DNA of 64,000 nucleotides. Origin: Octopus sinensis. Taxonomy: Eukaryota. How positions within the stretch are numbered: position 1 is the first letter of the stretch; each line of letters begins with the position of its first letter. The stretch spans positions 8,237 to 72,236 of the forward strand of contig NW_021832997.1 of NCBI RefSeq assembly GCF_006345805.1, given 5' to 3'. The notes beneath the pieces are model-generated. The model did not search any database, had not been told where the DNA came from, and was given only the letters and a program-made list of their open reading frames with translations. This document shows positions 63,961 through 64,000 of this stretch, piece by piece. The position numbers were made by a program, and so were the translations under genes.

Positions 63961-64000
63961 CTTTCCGCTTGTTCCTCTGAGTTTCTGAAACACACACACA

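Noticed and set aside
48533-63999. Many YI/MYV/HTH-repeat ORFs (48.5-49.3, 52.3-53.1, 55.8-56.4 and 63.3-64.0 kb)
   Set aside because: Dinucleotide and tetranucleotide microsatellites

Overview
Repeat-dense animal genomic DNA with no sign of prokaryotic origin. It is very probably Octopus or a related cephalopod; this is inferred from remembered SINE families and the style of the C2H2 zinc-finger exons, with no database search run. Most long ORFs in the track are artefacts of microsatellites or SINEs. Genic content: two damaged C2H2 zinc-finger exons (minus strand, ~20.5-20.9 kb and ~24.9-25.6 kb) with two CRE/ETS/CCAAT promoter-like islands between them, and a candidate multi-exon minus-strand gene missed by the ORF track. 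That gene has exons at ~38.2-38.1, 36.1-36.0 and 32.0-30.8 kb, possibly also 61.9 kb; it encodes a C-x13-C-x23-H (WRKY/GCM-fold-like) motif and a QALDLT motif and carries disablements. The left 35 kb is a complex segmental duplication: an inverted repeat (5.7-13.4 kb vs 19.5-24.9 kb) plus a direct duplication (12.7-19.5 kb vs 26.4-35.4 kb). Mobile elements: four or five SINE families, Tx1/L1-, CR1-, RTE- and R4/Dong-like LINE 3' ends, a Penelope-like retroelement (Naiad-type motifs), non-autonomous Helitron-like elements, and hAT-, piggyBac- and mariner-like MITEs. Beyond the annotation: several degenerate minimal type-I hammerhead ribozyme motifs, SINE 3' halves iterated into tandem arrays, and a SINE tail matching the Tx1 LINE 3' end.
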